A stretch of DNA of 64,000 nt from Entomortierella parvispora E1425. Taxonomy: Eukaryota; Fungi; Mortierellomycota. Positions 63,800 through 64,000 of this stretch are shown here, piece by piece. The stretch's first letter is position 1, and every line of letters starts with the position of its first letter. Below the pieces are notes generated by a model. The model saw only the letters and a program-made list of their open reading frames with translations, did not search any database and was not told the origin of the DNA. The position numbers and the translations under genes are program-made. Location of the stretch: positions 806,001 through 870,000 of the forward strand of contig BQFW01000014.1 of the NCBI GenBank assembly GCA_020891255.1, given 5' to 3'.

Positions 63800-64000
63800 T
63801 TAGGGCGACCAGTCAATATAAGTCTTGCCCTTGACTTCAAAATCACCAACGGGGGATGGACCGACGATTTTGGCTCCGCTCTTCTTCCACTCAAGGACGA
63901 TCTCGCCTCTTCCAATGCGTCCGGAGAATTCACCTTCAAAATCTTCGGGGCGGTTCAGCAAAAAGGTCACGTCTTTAAAGAAAAAATCGTCGATGGGAAA
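63800..64000 (-). CDS. 3' part of an unidentified gene entering from beyond the window
   Basis: The frame is open from the window edge: FPIDDFFFKDVTFLLNRPEDFEGEFSGRIGRGEIVLEWKKSGAKIVGPSPVGDFEVKGKTYIDWSP*. It looks globular and beta-rich, but no family was recognised. Confidence 0.5.
   Translation of the reverse strand, partial: FPIDDFFFKDVTFLLNRPEDFEGEFSGRIGRGEIVLEWKKSGAKIVGPSPVGDFEVKGKTYIDWSP

Noticed and set aside
1-64000. CRISPR arrays, rRNA genes, intact transposons or horizontally acquired prokaryotic operons
   Set aside because: No repeat-spacer periodicity, rRNA signature, transposase/RT/integrase motif, LTR or TIR pair was seen. Nearly all recognised genes have spliceosomal introns.

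Overview
Gene-dense, intron-rich eukaryotic DNA from an early-diverging fungus. Mortierellaceae/Mucoromycota is inferred from the gene content (ferritin, ICE2-like, MTA9-type MT-A70), the intron style and the strong C-ending codon bias. I reconstructed about 17 spliced or intact genes by hand from GT/GC-AG junctions and frame continuity: an ICE2/NARG2-like gene (5'-partial), ELP4, an EF-hand aspartate/glutamate carrier, beta-tubulin, a Cdc12-type septin, a TMEM184-like gene, ornithine aminotransferase, TSC13, an MT-A70 gene, SCS7, YSC84/SH3YL1, a membrane protein, RACK1, a ~1600-aa disordered protein, ferritin, a CaMKK/SAK1-type kinase and a Rad9/Crb2/53BP1-like gene. There is also a tRNA-Ala(AGC), an intronic U24 snoRNA, a few weak ORFs and a partial gene at the right edge. 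The most notable locus is a single 9-exon gene (29431-32635). It joins a Myb/SANT-like domain to an MTA9/AMT6-7-type adenine methyltransferase domain that still carries the DPPW catalytic motif. Other points of interest are U24 with one replaced guide, two GC-AG introns, and a beta-tubulin carrying L257 and C165. No CRISPR array or recognisable transposon was found. All family assignments come from motif recognition and no database search was run.
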